Shown here: piece by piece, positions 49,901 through 63,750 of the stretch
Layout: each line of letters begins with the position of its first letter
Position numbering within the stretch: the first letter of the stretch is position 1
Assembly: GCF_030028105.1 (NCBI RefSeq)
Contig: NC_092374.1
Span: 178,708,057-178,772,056, forward strand
Reading direction: 5' to 3'
DNA: 64,000 bases
Source: Mobula birostris
Lineage: Eukaryota
Program-made: the position numbers and the translations under genes
The notes under the pieces: model-generated
Database searches by the model: none
The model's input: the letters and a program-made list of their open reading frames with translations, nothing else
What the model was told of the DNA's origin: nothing

Positions 49901-50510
49901 ATTGGTGAGACTTGACATGAATTGGGAGATTGCTTCACCAAGCACTGACACTCTCTTCACCAGAAGAAGCAGAATCTCCCAGTGGCCTCCAATTTTAATT
50001 CTACTTCCCATTCCCATTCTGACATGTCAATGCATGGCCTCCTCTATTGCCGCGATGTGTCCTTATTTTCCATCTGGGTAGCTTCCAAACTGATGGAATA
50101 AACATTGATTTTTCAAACTTCCGGTAATGCCCCTCCTCCCCTCTCCTTCACCATTCTCCATCCCCATTTCCCTTTCTCACCTTACCCGCCCATCACCTCT
50201 CTCTGGTGCTCCTTCCCTGCACTTCCTTCCATGGACTTCTGTCTTTTCTATCAGATTTCCCCATTTTTAGCCCTTTATCTCTTTCACCAATCAAACCCCG
50301 AGCTCTTTACTTCACACCTCCCTCTCTCCCAGATTCACCTGTCACCTACAACCTTGTACTTCCTCCTCTCAAACCCCCCACATTCTTACTTTGAATTCTT
50401 ATCTGTTTCTTTCCAGTCATGATGAAGGGTCTCGGTCTGAAACATAGACTGTTTACTCTTTTCCATAGATGCTACCTGATCTGCTGAACTCCTCCAGCAA
50501 TTTGTGTGCA
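46940..50510 (+). mobile_element. Penelope-like retroelement interrupted by a hAT element
   Basis: DIFYKPTDPHSYLDSSHP..K..PFSQFLHLRHI; GIY-YIG region GVIYCFWCSRC. Confidence 0.8.
47529..49055 (+). mobile_element. Non-autonomous hAT (Charlie-type) DNA transposon
   Basis: TIR CAGTGGTCCCCAACC / GGTTGGGGACCCCTG, perfect 8-bp TSD TTCTAACC, and a transposase C-terminal remnant DQLLELANDGGLKSIFD-ASLPAFWIKVKAEYPEIAAKALKTLLPFPT. Confidence 0.92.
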
Positions 50511-51289
50511 TGGCAACGATCGTATTAATTTTAACAAGTATAATAGAACTCTAAACATTAACTGTGACTGTATGAATAAAAAGGCATTGCATGGTTTATT
50601 CTTGGAAATAATTTTATTATGCATAAAAGTTTATTTTGATGTATATTAAAACTTTCTAAAGCACGTACCTGTTTTTTAAAAGCTGTTTCTTTACCTATCT
50701 CAACCAATTCCTTTGGCAGTTCAGTTTATATGCAAAGAATATTCTGTTTAAAAATGTTACCCTGACTTTCAACAGTATTTTGGCTGCTTCTCCACATTCC
50801 AGCACCTGCAGTCTCTTGTGCCTCCATCTTCCCAGCACCCCTTCCCGTACCTCCCTCCCTCCGTCCCTCCATCTCTCCCTCCCTCTGCTCTGTTCCTGGA
50901 AACACAAGGACCGCACTTCAGTGCAACATACTCCCACACACTGCAGACATCCGTTCATCAGCTCCTTTGCTCTTCAGTTCCACATCACACTGCTCCTCAC
51001 CCTGTTCCCATCCATCTCTCTCTCCCACACCAGATTTCTGTCTACTTCATTCAGTGACATCCTGCTCTCTGTCGCTCCCCATGTCCACGACCTTCTGCTC
51101 ATCTGTGTGCTCCTTCCCAACTCCCAGTCTTCCCTCTGTCCCCCTGCACTCTCTCCTCTCCTCATAGAGTCAGATTCATGGAGCACCTCAGCACAGATGT
51201 AGGCCACTTGGCCCATCTCAAACATGCAGAATTGTTGGTCTTCATAGTCCCATCAACTCACACTTGGACAGCACTCCAGACCCCTTCTA

Positions 51290-53270
51290 TGCATGTACTT
51301 AACCAAACCTCTCACAAATGTTGCAAACAAACCTACATCCACCACTTCCCCTGGCAGCTTATTCCACACTTCCACTATTTCTGAGTGAAGTTCCTCCTCT
51401 ATCTCCACTTATATATTTCACCCTTCATTTTTAAACAATAACCACTTGTTCTGGTTTCACCCAACTTCAGTGGAAAAAGCTTGCTTGCATTTGCCCTATC
51501 TACAACTCATAACTTTGTACAGTTCCATCAAATCTTACCTCATTCTCCTCCACTCCAGGGAAGAAGTCCTATCCTATTCAACCTTTCACCATAACACGTC
51601 TTCAAATCACAACAACATCCTTATAAAATTTCTCTGTACTCTTTCACTTATTGATATCTTTCCTGTAGTTAGGCCAATCCAACATAATATCCCAACATGA
51701 GTACTCAGTACTTTGATTTATGAAGGTCAATATGCCAGAAGGTCTCTTTAAGACCCTTTCTACTTGTAACACCACACTTAGGGAGGTTAGTGGTGCTGTG
51801 GATAGTCTGGAGGGCTGTCAGAGGTTACAGTGGGACATCAATAGGATGCAAGACTGGGCTGAGAAGTGACAGATGGAGTTCGACCCAAATAAGTGTGAGG
51901 TGGTTCATTTTGGTAGGTCAAATATGATGGCAGAATATAATATTAATGGTAAGACTCTTGGGAGTGTGGAGGATCAGAGGGATCTTGGGGTCTGAGTCCA
52001 TCGGACACTCAAAGCTGCAGCGCAGATTGACTCTGTGGTTAAGAAGACAAGTGGTGCATTGGCTTTCCTCAACTGTGGGATTGAGTTTGAGCTGCGAGGT
52101 AATGTTACAACTATAGAGGACCCTGGTCAGACCCCACTTGGAGTACTGTGCTTAGTTCTAGTCACCTCACCACAGGTAGGATGTGGAAACCATAGAAAGG
52201 GTGCAGAGGAGATTTACAAGGATGTTGCCTGGATTGGGGAGCATGCCTTATGAGAATAGGTTGAGTGAACTCGGCCTTCTCTCCTTGGAGCGGTGAGGAT
52301 GACAGGTGACCTGATGGAGGTGTATAAGATGATGATAGACATTGATCGTGTGCATAGTCAGAGGCTTTTTCCCAGGGCGGAAGTGGCTAGCATGAGAGGG
52401 CACATTTTTAAGGTGCTTGGAAGTAGGTACAGAGGAGATATCAGGGCAAGTTTTTCACGTACGGAGTGGTGAGTGCATGGATGCACTCTGCCAGCGACGG
52501 TGGTGGAGGTAGATACGATAGGGTCTTTTAAGAGACTCCTGGATAGGTACATGGAGCTTAGAAAAACAGAGGGCTATGGGTAACCCTAGGTAATTTCTAA
52601 AGGAAGTACATGTTTGGCACAGCATTGTGAGCTGAAGGGTGTCTATTGTGTTATTAGTTTTCTATGTTTCTATGTTTCATTATGCCTCAATCTTGGTGTA
52701 ATCCACAAATTTACTGATCCAGTTCACCACATTATCATCCAAATCATTAATACAGATGACAAAAAGCAACAGACCCAACACTGATCCCTGTGGCACAACA
52801 CTGGTCACAGCCTCCAGTCAGAGAAGCAACCATATCATTGTCTGGTTTCTCCAGTTCCAATGCTGAATCCAATTTGCTACTTCATCCTGAAGGCCAGGTG
52901 ATTAAACCTCTTTGACAAGCCTCTCTTGCAGGACTTTGTCAAATGCCTTACTAAAGTCTATGTAGGCAATGTCCACTGCCTTTTCCCGGTAATGTCCTTG
53001 AAACCTTTGTAGGTTTGGTTAGACACAACTTACCATGAACAAATCCATGATGACTCTCCCTAATCAGGCTATGTCTATCCATATATTTATACTGTATATC
53101 ATGCCCCTTAGAATACCTTCCAAAAGATTACCAACTAATGATTTCAGGTCACTGACCTTCAATTTCCCTACTTATTATTGGTCTTGCTTAAACAATGGAA
53201 CAACATTAGCTATCCTTCAGTCCTTCAGCACTTCACCTCTGCTTAAGGACATTCTAAATACCTTTAACAG
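51290..53270 (-). mobile_element. CR1 remnant with an oppositely oriented CR1 3' piece nested at about 51785-52680
   Basis: RT and 3' motifs on both strands; the nested copy ends in TTTCTATGTTTCTATGTTTC. Confidence 0.7.
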
Positions 53271-53329
53271 TGTTCCTATAATTTCTGCACCAGACTCCCA
53301 AAAAGTCTTGAAGGGGTCCAGATGAAGGG

Positions 53330-55140
53330 TCTTGGCCTGAACCGTTGACTGTTTACTCTCTTCCATCGATGCTGCCTGGCCTGCTGATTTACTCCAGCAT
53401 TTTGTGTGTGTGTTGCTTTGATTACAAACTCTGTACGTCAATACACACAAAATGCTGGAGGAAGTGAGCGGGCTAGGCAGCATCAATGGAAAGGAATAAA
53501 CAGTCAAAGTTTTGGGCTGAGACCCTTCATTGGGTTTGGGGAGAAAAGATGAGAAATTAAAGTAAGAAAGTTGGGGGAGGGGAGGGAAAAGTACAAGGTG
53601 AAACGGGGAGATGGGGAGGGGAGCAAAGTAAGGAGCTTTGAAGTTGATTGGTGAAAGAGATCAAGGGCTGATGGAGGGTGAACCTGATAGAAAAAGACCT
53701 TGAAAGAAGGGGAAGGAGGAGGAGCACCAGAGGGAGGTGATGGTCAGGTAAGGATAAAGGTGAGAGAGGGAAACAGGAATGGTGAACGATGAAAGGCGGG
53801 GGCAATTACCAGGTTCAAGAAATCGATGTTCATGCCATCAGATTGGAAGCTACCCAAATGAAATATAAGGTGTTGTTTCTCCAACCTTATCGCAGCAGTA
53901 GAGGAGGCAATGGACTGACATGTCGGAATGGGTATGGAAAGTAGAATTGAGATAGGTGGCCTCCGGGAGATCCCACTTTTCTGGCAGATGGTGCGTAGGT
54001 GATTAGTGACATGGTCTCCCAATCTACATTGGGTCTCACCAACATACAGGAGGCCACACTGGGAGTACCAGCAGTAGATGATCCCAACAGACTCATAGAG
54101 AAGTGTCACCTCACCTGGAAAGACTGTTTGGGGCCTTAAATGGTAGTGAGGGAGAGATGTAGAGGCAGGTGAGGCACTTGTTCCACTTGCAAGGATAAAT
54201 AGGAAAAACAGTGGGGAGGGACAAGTGGACAAGGGAGAGGCACAAGGTACAATCCCTTTGGAAAGCAGAAAGTGGTGGGGGGGGGAAGGAAAAGATGTGC
54301 TTGGTGGTAGGATCCCATATGAGACGGTGGAAGTTACAGAGAATTATGTGCTGGATGTAGAGACTGGCGGGGTGGTTGGTGAGGAAAAGCAGACCCTATC
54401 TCTGGTGGGTTGGTGGACGGATGGGGTAAGAGCAGACATAGACAAAATGGTAGAGATGTGGGTGAGGGCAGTGTAGATGGTGGAGGAAGGGATGCACTTT
54501 TTTTTGAAGAAGAAGGATATCTCATAAGTTCTGGAGTGAAAAGCCTCATCCTGAGAGCAGATGCAATAAAGACAGAGGAACTGAAAGGAGATGGCACTTT
54601 TTCAGTGATAGGTTGGGAAGAAGGCATAGTCCAGGTAGCTGTGAAAATTAATGGGTTTATAAAATATATTGGCGGATAAACTGACTCCGGAGGTAGAGAC
54701 AGAGAAAAGGGAGGTTGGTGTTGGAAATGGACCAAGTAAATTTGAGGGCAGGCTGGAAGCTGGAGGCAAAGTTTATGAAGTTGACGAGCTCAGTGTGGAT
54801 GCAGGAGGCAGCACTAATGCAGTTGTCAATTTAGTGCAGGAAGATTTGTGGAGAGGTACTGGTATAGGCCTGGAACATGGACTGTTCCACGAAAAGGCAG
54901 GCAGAGCTGGGACCCATACAAGTATCCATAGCTACAGCTTTGGTTTGAAGGAAGTGGGAGGAGCAAAAGGAGAAATTATAGAGAGAGAGTTCCAGTTCCA
55001 CCATACGGAGGGAGCTAGTTGGGTCTGTTGTCAAGAAAGAAACAGAGAGCTGTAAGGCCCACCTGATTGGGGACGGAAGTGCAAAGAAAGAGAGGGAAAG
55101 AACTGGTTTCACTCTCAATAATTTCTCCTTTGGCTCCTCA
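53330..55140 (-). mobile_element. Penelope-like retroelement
   Basis: AMDTCMGPSSACLFVEQSMFQAY; IIYCWYSQCGLLYVGETQCRLGDH; EKQHLIFHLGSFQSDGMNIDF. Confidence 0.85.
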
Positions 55141-57629
55141 CTGCGCTCTCTCCCTTACTTGCACTTTGCGCTCTCCTGGTCGGTTGGAGTACTATGTGCA
55201 GTTCTACACTACAGCAAGTGTGTTATAGTACTGTAGAGGTGAGATGAGATTCACCGGGGGAGTTTCAGTTATGAGGAGAAACATAAGAGGCGGGATCTGT
55301 TTCCGTGGAACAGGGGAGATTAACAGAAGACATGACTCAGGTTTGTAAAGCTATTCTGGGGTAGAGTGTGTAGATTGCAGGATGCTACTCCTCATATCAA
55401 AGATACGAAAAACTAGAGGACATGGACTTGGGGTAAGGAGGAAGAAATTTGGCAGGAAACCTTTCTCACCCAGAGAGCTGTGTGTACCTGGATCACCCTG
55501 CTGGAGTGGTGGAGGCGGAGTCAGCATTAGCATTGATGAAGAGTCTGTACAAACACTTGAATCACTCAGGTCCAGAAAGCTATGGACTAGATGCAAGGTG
55601 ATGGGATAAACATGGATGGGTGCTGAACGCTTAGCATGGACATAGTGGGTCAAATGGCCTTGTTGATGATGATTATCTGTCCATGTGCTCTTCCACTCCC
55701 CAGTGTGCTCTCCCGTCATTACCCTTTGGGTGGCCTTCCTCCAGTTCTGCTACCTTTCCCACTACCCCCCCCCCACTCAAGTCATTCCCAATTCCCCTGC
55801 GTCCCAGCCTTTGTTGTATTTCAGAAAAGTTTCAGGGGAACATGAGGGGAAACTTCTTCATTCAGCCGACCGTGAGGGTGTGGAACAAGCTGACAGCGTA
55901 AGTAATAGATGTGGTTTCAATTTCACTGTATAAGAGAAATTTGGATGGGAGGAATATGGAAGGGCATGGTCCAGGTGCAGGTTGATGCAACTGAGCAGTT
56001 TAAAAAGTTTGGCATGGACTAGATGGGCTGAATGGCCTGTTTCTGTGCTGTTGTTTTCTATGACTCTAGTGAGTTCAAAAACCAGGAGGTTGCAGCTTTA
56101 TAAAACTCTAGTTAAACCACATCTGCAGTACTGAACACAGTTGAACACTGTGGTCTGACTGTGAAAGGATGTCAGGGATTTGGAAAGGGCGCAGGTTTAC
56201 CAGAATGCTGCCTGAATTGGAGCACTATAACGAGAGAATGGACCTATCACCTTTTCTTAAGCGGCAGAGCTTAAGGGGAGATCTGATAGAGGTTTATAAG
56301 ATTTTGAGTGTGAGACTGAGAGTAAACAGACAGTAAAACCAGAGGGTATGCATTTAAGGTGAGAGGGTGTAATTTCAAACAGGATGTGACGGGCAAGTTT
56401 TTTTACGCTGAGAGTGGTGGGTGCCTGGAATGTATGTCTTGGGGTGGGGGTAGAAGCAGACACATTAAAGACCTTTAAGAGATGTTCAGATAAGCACATG
56501 AATGTGAGGAAACTGCATGGATATTGACATTGTGTAGGCAGAGGGGATTAATTTAGTTTGACATTTGATTACTAATTTAATTGGTTCGGCACAAATTGTG
56601 GTGCTGTCCTGTACCGTTCTATGTTCTATGTACAAAGGAAAACAATAACAGGCATACAGCATGTAGTGTTAGTTACAGTAAAAGTGCACTGTGGGTAGAT
56701 AATAAGATGTAAGACCAAAACAAATTCAATTGTGAGGTCCAGAATCCAATGTACCATACAAGTGGACTATTCAATTTTCTTGTAACAGTGGGCTAGAAGT
56801 TATATTTGAGTCTGGGGTACCTGCTTTCAGGCTTTTGTATCTTCTACCTAACGGCAGGGGCAGAATGAAAATTCTAGGGTGCATGTGGTCTTTGATTGTG
56901 CTGGCTGCTTTACTGAGGCAGTGAGATGTACAGTATAGGCATCTCTACACATGGTGCCTAGTGTCCAGCCAGGGAAGACTAGCTCTGGAATGCACAAAAT
57001 GCTTTAAGAATGCACATCTTAGTGAGCTCATTCAGAAAGGACACAGACAGAAAGGAAGCTGGTGCCCACCAGGAAGAGCAGTAAGTGCTGGCTAGTTGTG
57101 TGGTCATTACACTCACAAACAGCTATACCATAAGACATAGGAGCAGAAGTAAACCATTTGGCACACTAAGTCTGCTCTGCCTTTCCATCATGACTGATTT
57201 ATTAATCAACTCATTCCATTCTCCTGCCTTCTCCCTGACATCCCTACGAGTCAAGAAGCTACCAACTTCTCCTTTAAATATACTCAATGACTAGCTCTCC
57301 ACAGCCATCTAAGAAATTCATCCTCCTCTGTTCCCAAGTATGTCCTGTGGCTGTTCCCTTTCATCCTAGAATTACCCTACTATAGGAGGCACCCTCTGCA
57401 TGTCCACTCTATTTAGGCCTTTCAATACTCGATAGGTTTCAATGAGATCCCCCCCTGCCTTTCTTCTGAACTTCAGTGCGTATAGGCCCAGAGCCTTCAA
57501 GCATCCCTCATATGTTAAACTTTACGTTCCCAGAGTCATCCTTTGGAACATCTTCTGGATCCTCTTCAATGATGGCACATCTTTTCCTGGATAACTGTTC
57601 ATAATATAAGCACAAGAGATTTTGCACAT

Positions 57630-58085
57630 ATTAGAAATCAGAGCTGGGAGGAACTCGGCAGGCCAGGCAGTATCTATGGAAATCAATAAACAGTCGATGT
57701 TTCAGACTGACACCCTTCTTCAGAACTGGGAAGGAAGGGGGAAGATGCTGGAATAAAGGTGGGGAAGGGGAAGGAGGACTAGCTAGATGGTGATAGGTGA
57801 AGTCAGTGGGTGGTAGAGGTAAAGGGCTGGAGAAGAAGGAATCTGAAAAGAGAAAAGAGTGGACCATGGGAGAAAGGGAGGAAGGAAGGACACCAGGATG
57901 AGGTGATAAGCAGGTGAGGACAAGAGGTAAGAAACCAGAGCAGGGAATAGAAGAAGAGGGAAGGGAGAGGAAGAAATAATACTGGGAGGAAAATTCGATG
58001 TTCATGCCACCATTTTGAAGGCTACCTGGACTTAATATGAGGTATGGCCCCTCCACATGCAGAGTGGCCTCACTGTGGTAAAACC
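57630..58085 (-). mobile_element. Penelope 3' fragment
   Basis: PYLILSPGSLQNGGMNIEFS. Confidence 0.65.
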
Positions 58086-58089
58086 CCTT

Positions 58090-60240
58090 TGTACTGGGCA
58101 CCTCTGGAAATATACCCGTTAACCCCCTCACTGGACTCCACAGCAAGAAACCCACCTTTCTCAGGCTTCATACATCTAGAGCATATACAACTTTGCCCCG
58201 CCAAATCCGTGGTTAGGATGTCTCGCCATCCCATAGCCTGGTTTATGTGAATGCTGGGTGATTCACTGCACCTGGCAATCACCCGTCGGCAAGAATTAAC
58301 AGATCATACACCGCATACATTATAAAGAAGTATATTTAAGAATGTTAACTTCAGCAACCAGTTATTAAAGGAAAGAAAGAAGAAAACGAAGAAGGCGCAT
58401 TATACTTAAACAGTTGCATCTTCACAGTGGAGCTCACATCTTCTAGAAGCCATTGATATACACACTGCATCTTCCAAATTTCACTTGAAATCCATCTTGA
58501 ACAAACAGGCTCCCCCACTGGAGTGTTTGTCCTTCCTCCTCGAAGCACCTTGTGCAACGGGGACAGCATCTTCAGCCATCTTCCCACCTTCTCCCAGTTC
58601 CCGCCAACAAAGACCTCAAACCATACCAGTGTCCCTCACAAAAACTCTCCACCCAGCGTTCTCTAGAACCTTCTCTGAATTCCTCCGTCCTAAATGACTG
58701 ACACCACGTTCCAAATTTGAACAACAAAGCCCTTATCTCAGCTCAAACCCAAACAGACTGAAAGTAGAACAGAACTGCGAAAATGAAATACCTATGGCGT
58801 AGCGGTAAAAATCTTAACCAGAGCTTTATTCTCCCACTCCCAAAAAGTAAAAAAAGTAGTCATGTCCTCATGACTTTGAAACTTATCAACCCATCCTTAA
58901 TAGTTTTCAAAGGAATTTCCTGATGTCAGGACCTCCAATCCATTTGTGAGTGGTAGTGACATATCTCACTAGGGGGATAGACGCAACACTCTGTTACCCC
59001 AGTGCGACATAGGCCAACCTATCCTGACTCTTTGAGACCTCCTTATCCAATCTTCAGCTCCTCAAGTTTCATCCACCCCTTGTGACCCTTCCTGTCTGCT
59101 AAAGGGTACCTCTCACTTGTGTCTTCCGGTGGCTCAGGCCTCCCTGCTTCATGACCGAATATCCTCAGCTTCTGCTGGTGCTAACTGGCAAGACCTCTCT
59201 CAAAAAAGGAGTGTCCTCGGTTTCTCCTGAAGTGTGGCAAGTCAGCCTTGTCAATAGAAAACACATCTTCGGGTCCCAATATTTTGTCAATTAATCTTCT
59301 TTTCCATTCCTCAAACATTTTGGCAAGTTTGGGGTTCCTGTCACTCTAGCTATTCCACCAGGGCGTAAGGTGACAGGTTTAGACTGGGTACACCACATAG
59401 TTCCTCATTTCTGCTCAACATCCTGCTTAGGAGAAACTTGCACTTTCTCAACAGCAGCTCTAAACACAAGGTGAATGGACAAGGTTTTCAAAAAGTTCTC
59501 TCCATTTCTCTCCTTGCATTCTCCCGGGAGCCTTCTCACAATGCAGTATTTGTTCCCACAAAAATGGAAGCTCTTACCTTTTTCAACTGGCTCTAGGCAG
59601 ACCGACACTGGTGTGTCAATGGTTACTCAGTCACTCCAACATCTGCTTCCAAAAACTGCAGCTTCAGCAACAAGCAACCATCAGTACTAGGCCCCGAATC
59701 TCAAGGACAGAGAGTGGCGTCAATGGTAAGTGCATCAAATATCAGTTGTACAAGGATCTATAAAGCAAAGTAACTTGAGAACCTGTGTCAAGTATGGCTC
59801 TGGCATAAACACCTTCAATCCATATGGTTACAGCAGAACTTGGCCCCTAAAACTTCAGGAATAGTGTTTGGTACTTAAGTATTTCCCTTGTTACACTGAT
59901 GGGCATGTATCCTCTCTGAAACGCCAGCCCATTCCTTTACTGGGTCACTCCGTAGTTTTACCTCTTTCCTTCTCTGCTTGATTAACCACTGATTTACTTT
60001 CTGAAGATTTTCCTCTCCTGCACACTCCTGCTTGAATTCTGTCCGCAATCCTAACAGAGAATATCGGTCACTCTGGACAAGGGTCCCGCTCAGTAGCAGC
60101 CCTCGCCTTGGTACGTCCCACCAGAGGGTCCGGTTCATTTCAGCCTTGTCATTCTTGGTAGCAGCACCAATCGATATCATCTGAAATGTCTCGGCCCTCC
60201 GATCTTTCTCAACTTCTTACAAAGCCCTGCTTATGTAGCA
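58090..60240 (-). mobile_element. Degenerate LTR-retroelement-like insert (Gypsy-like)
   Basis: Broken ORF pieces such as DKILGPEDVFSIDKADLPH resemble Gypsy gag/pol. No complete domain is readable. Confidence 0.4.
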
Positions 60241-60269
60241 TTATTTTAAACTCCCTATACTGACTATCT

Positions 60270-63200
60270 TGCTGGAGAACATGCAGACACTGGTGAGTAA
60301 AATCGATGATCTTAGAGCTAAGGTGCTGAATCAGAGGGACATTAGGACTGGGTGTGTCCTTTGTTTCACGGAATCCTAGTTAACCCCTTCTGTACTAGAT
60401 TCAGCGATTCAGATCGATGGGTTTACTATACACCATGAGGATAGATCTAAGGAGTCTCTCAAAAGCAGAAGTGGAGGAGTATGCCTCATGATCAACCCTT
60501 CTTGGTGCACAAATATCAGTGCTGTCCCAATTCTGCTCACCAGACCTGGAATATCTAGCAGTTAAGTGCTGTCCTTTTTATCTACCAAGGGAGTTCTCTG
60601 GGGTCATTTTGGTAGCAGTTTACATTCCACCTCAGGCCAATGTCAATCAGGCTTTAGATGATCTGAGCAATGGGATCAACATGCACGAAACAGTGCACCT
60701 TCATGCCTTCAAAATTGTTTTGGGAGATTTTAACCAGGCCAGTCTGAACAGATCACTAAGCATTTACCATCAACAGATCACTTGCAATACCAGAGAAAAC
60801 AACACACTGGACCATACCTACAACACCATCAAGAATGCCTACCATGCTATTCCATGCCCTCACTTTGGGAAGTCTGATCACCTGGCTGTACTTCTACTCC
60901 CTGAGTATAGGCAGAGACTGAAGACTGAGGACTGAGAAGGTATGGACAAGGGAAGCACAGGAGCGCCTACAGGACTGCTTTTGAGTTGGTAGACTGGACT
61001 ATATTCATGGATTCATCTTCAAATTTGGATTATGCTGCAGTTGTTACCGATTTCATTAAAACCTGTGTGGATGACTGTGTGCCTGCAAAGACTTGCTGTA
61101 CGTTCCCAAACCAAAAGCCATGGATGAACCAGGAGTTACGTCATCTGCTGAAGGCTAGATCTGTGGCATTCTTCATCAAGTTATGGTATTGTTGCACTGT
61201 TGTAACTATATGTTATAATTATGTGGTTTTCTCAGTTTTTCAGTCTTGGTCTGTCCTATGTTTTGTGATATCACACCGGAGAAAATATTTTATCATTTCT
61301 TAATGCATGCATTACTAAATGACAATAAAAGAGGTCTGCATAATCTAATAGTCTTCATAATCTAATCTAATCTAATCAAGTCTGGCAATCCAGGCCTGTA
61401 CCAGAAAACCAGATTTGCAGAGGGTTATTTCAAAGGTGAAGGGACAATTTTGAACGAGGTTGGAGGTGACACCGGATGCACGACAACTCCAGCAGGGTCT
61501 GCAAGACGTTACTTCCTACAAAGCAAAACCCAATAGTATGAATGGCAACGATGCTTCACTCTCAGATGAACTCAACGCCTTCTATGCCTGATTTGAAAGG
61601 GAGAACACAACTACTGCTGTGAAGATCCCTGCTGCACCTAATGACTCTGTGATCTCCATCTCAGAGCCCGATATTAGGCTGCCTTTAAAGAGAATGAACC
61701 CTCACAAGGCGAAAGGTCCCAATGGAGTACCAGGTAAGGCTCCGAAAACCTGTGCCAACCAACTAGCGGGAGTATTCAAAGACATTTTCAACCTCTCACT
61801 GCAACGGGCGGAAGTGCCCACTTGCTTCAAAAAGGCAATGATTATACCAGTGCCTAAGAAGAATAATGTGGGCTGTCTTAATGACTGTCACTCGGTAGTA
61901 CTGTACTCACATCGACAGTGATGAAATGCTTTGAGAGGTCGGTCATGACTAAACTGAACTCTTGTCTCAGCAAGGACCTGGACCCATTGCAATTTGCCTA
62001 TCGTCTCAATAGGTCTGCGGCAGACACCATCTCCATGGCTCTCCACATGGCTTTAGACCACCTGGACAACACAAACACCTATATCAGGATGCTGTTCACC
62101 GAATACACTGTAGCTCATCATTTAATACCATCATTCCCACAACCCTGATTGAGAAATTGTGGAACCTGGGTCTCTGTACCTCCCTCTGCAAATGGATCCT
62201 TGACTTCCTAACCGGAAGACCACAATCTGTGCAGATTGGTGATAACATCTCCTCGCTGACGATCAACACTGGCACACCCCAGGGGTGTGTGCTTAGCCCA
62301 CTGCCCTACTCTCTACATACACATGACGGTGTGGCTAGGCACAGCTCAAATAGCATCTATAAACTTGCTGATGATACAACCATTGTTGGTAGAATCTCAG
62401 GTGGTGATGAGAGGGTGTACAGGAGTGAGATATGTGAACTAATGGAATGGTGTCACAGCAACAACCTGGCACTCAACGTCAGTAAGATAAAAGAGCTGAT
62501 TGTGGACTTCAGGAAGGGTAAGACGAAGGAACACATACCAATCCTCACAGAGGGATCAGAAGTGGGGAGAGTGAGCAAGTTCCTGGGTGTCAAGATCTCT
62601 GAGGATCTAACCTGGTCCCAACATATTGATGTAGTTATAAAGAAGGCAAGACAGCAGCTATACTTCATAAGGAGTTTGAAGAGATTTGGCATGTCAACAG
62701 ATACACCCAAAAACCTCTATAATTTTACTATGAAGAGCATTCTGACAGGCTGCATCACTGTCTGGTATGGGGGGGAGGGGTGTGGGGAGGGACTACTGCA
62801 CAGGATCGAAAGAAACTGCAGAGGGTTGTAAATCTAGTCAGCTCCATCTTGGGTACTAGCCTATACAGTACCCAGGACATCTTTAGAGAGTGGTGTCTCA
62901 GAAAGGCAGCATCCATCATTAAGGACTTCCAGCACCCAGGGCATGCCCTTTTCTCACTGTTACCATCAGGTAGGAGATACAGAAGCCTAAAGGCACGCGC
63001 TTAGCGATTCAGGAACAGCTTCTTCCCCTCTGCCGTCCGCTTCCTAAATGGACATTGAAACCTTGAACACTACCTCACTTTTTTTAATGTACAGTATTTC
63101 TGTTTTTTGCACATTTAAAAAAAATTATTCAATATACATATACTGTAATTGATTTACTTGTTTGTTTATTTATTATTGTTACTTTTATTTTTTTTCTCTG

Positions 63201-63303
63201 TTCTAGATTATGTATTGTATTGAACTGCTGCTGCTGAGTTAAGAAATTTCACATCACATGCCGGTGGTAATAAACCTGATTCTGATTCTGATTCTGATTC
63301 TGA
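60270..63303 (+). mobile_element. Near full-length, frameshifted Rex1/Babar LINE ORF2
   Basis: LAVKCCPFYLPREFSGVILVAVYIPPQAN (endonuclease), [36 protein letters not shown] (RT), and a (GATTCT)n tail. Confidence 0.92.
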
Positions 63304-63394
63304 TCGGGGTCGCTTTAGCAACAGAAGTTACTACTAAGGACGGTGCCCTGCTGACGGAGGCCTCCCGCTCCTCCATTGCATTTTCCTCCTAACT

Positions 63395-63750
63395 TCACAG
63401 CTTTACTTGGTAAAAGATGGAGGGGGGGGGCATCTTACGGGTCATTCGAATAAGTAGAGCAATCATGTCATGTAACAGTGCACCCTTCACAACTTGCTCC
63501 ATCCTCAAGCAATCTCTCTGAGACAGTTGAATGCTCCTTTTGTGGCACAAACAGTGGAGTGGATTCTTCAGCCAGAAAATGAAGGCAGATAACTTCTCTC
63601 CTTCCTCCTGGAATGTGTGCCTAAGCTTCATCCTAAGATCAGCTGCACTTCCAGCAGTGCCATACGTATCTTCCCGGGCTTGCAGGTAATTAGCTGACTG
63701 GGCTAATGGGTTTTCTGTCTTGGGTATCCTTATGATATCAGCCATGGCCC
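63395..63750 (-). mobile_element. Gypsy gag fragment (PNMA-like capsid)
   Basis: YLQAREDTYGT...KLRHTFQEEGEKLSAFIF...RMEQVVKGAL matches the PNMA/Ty3-gypsy gag style. Confidence 0.7.

Noticed and set aside
50690-50750. Small AG/GT-bounded minus-strand segment (TELPKELVEI-like)
   Set aside because: All three frames contain stops and no partner exons were found.
202-63745. Most short ORFs in the supplied track as host genes
   Set aside because: They are LINE, LTR or DNA-transposon fragments, their antisense frames, or low-complexity translations such as the VC/TH repeats from (AC)n.
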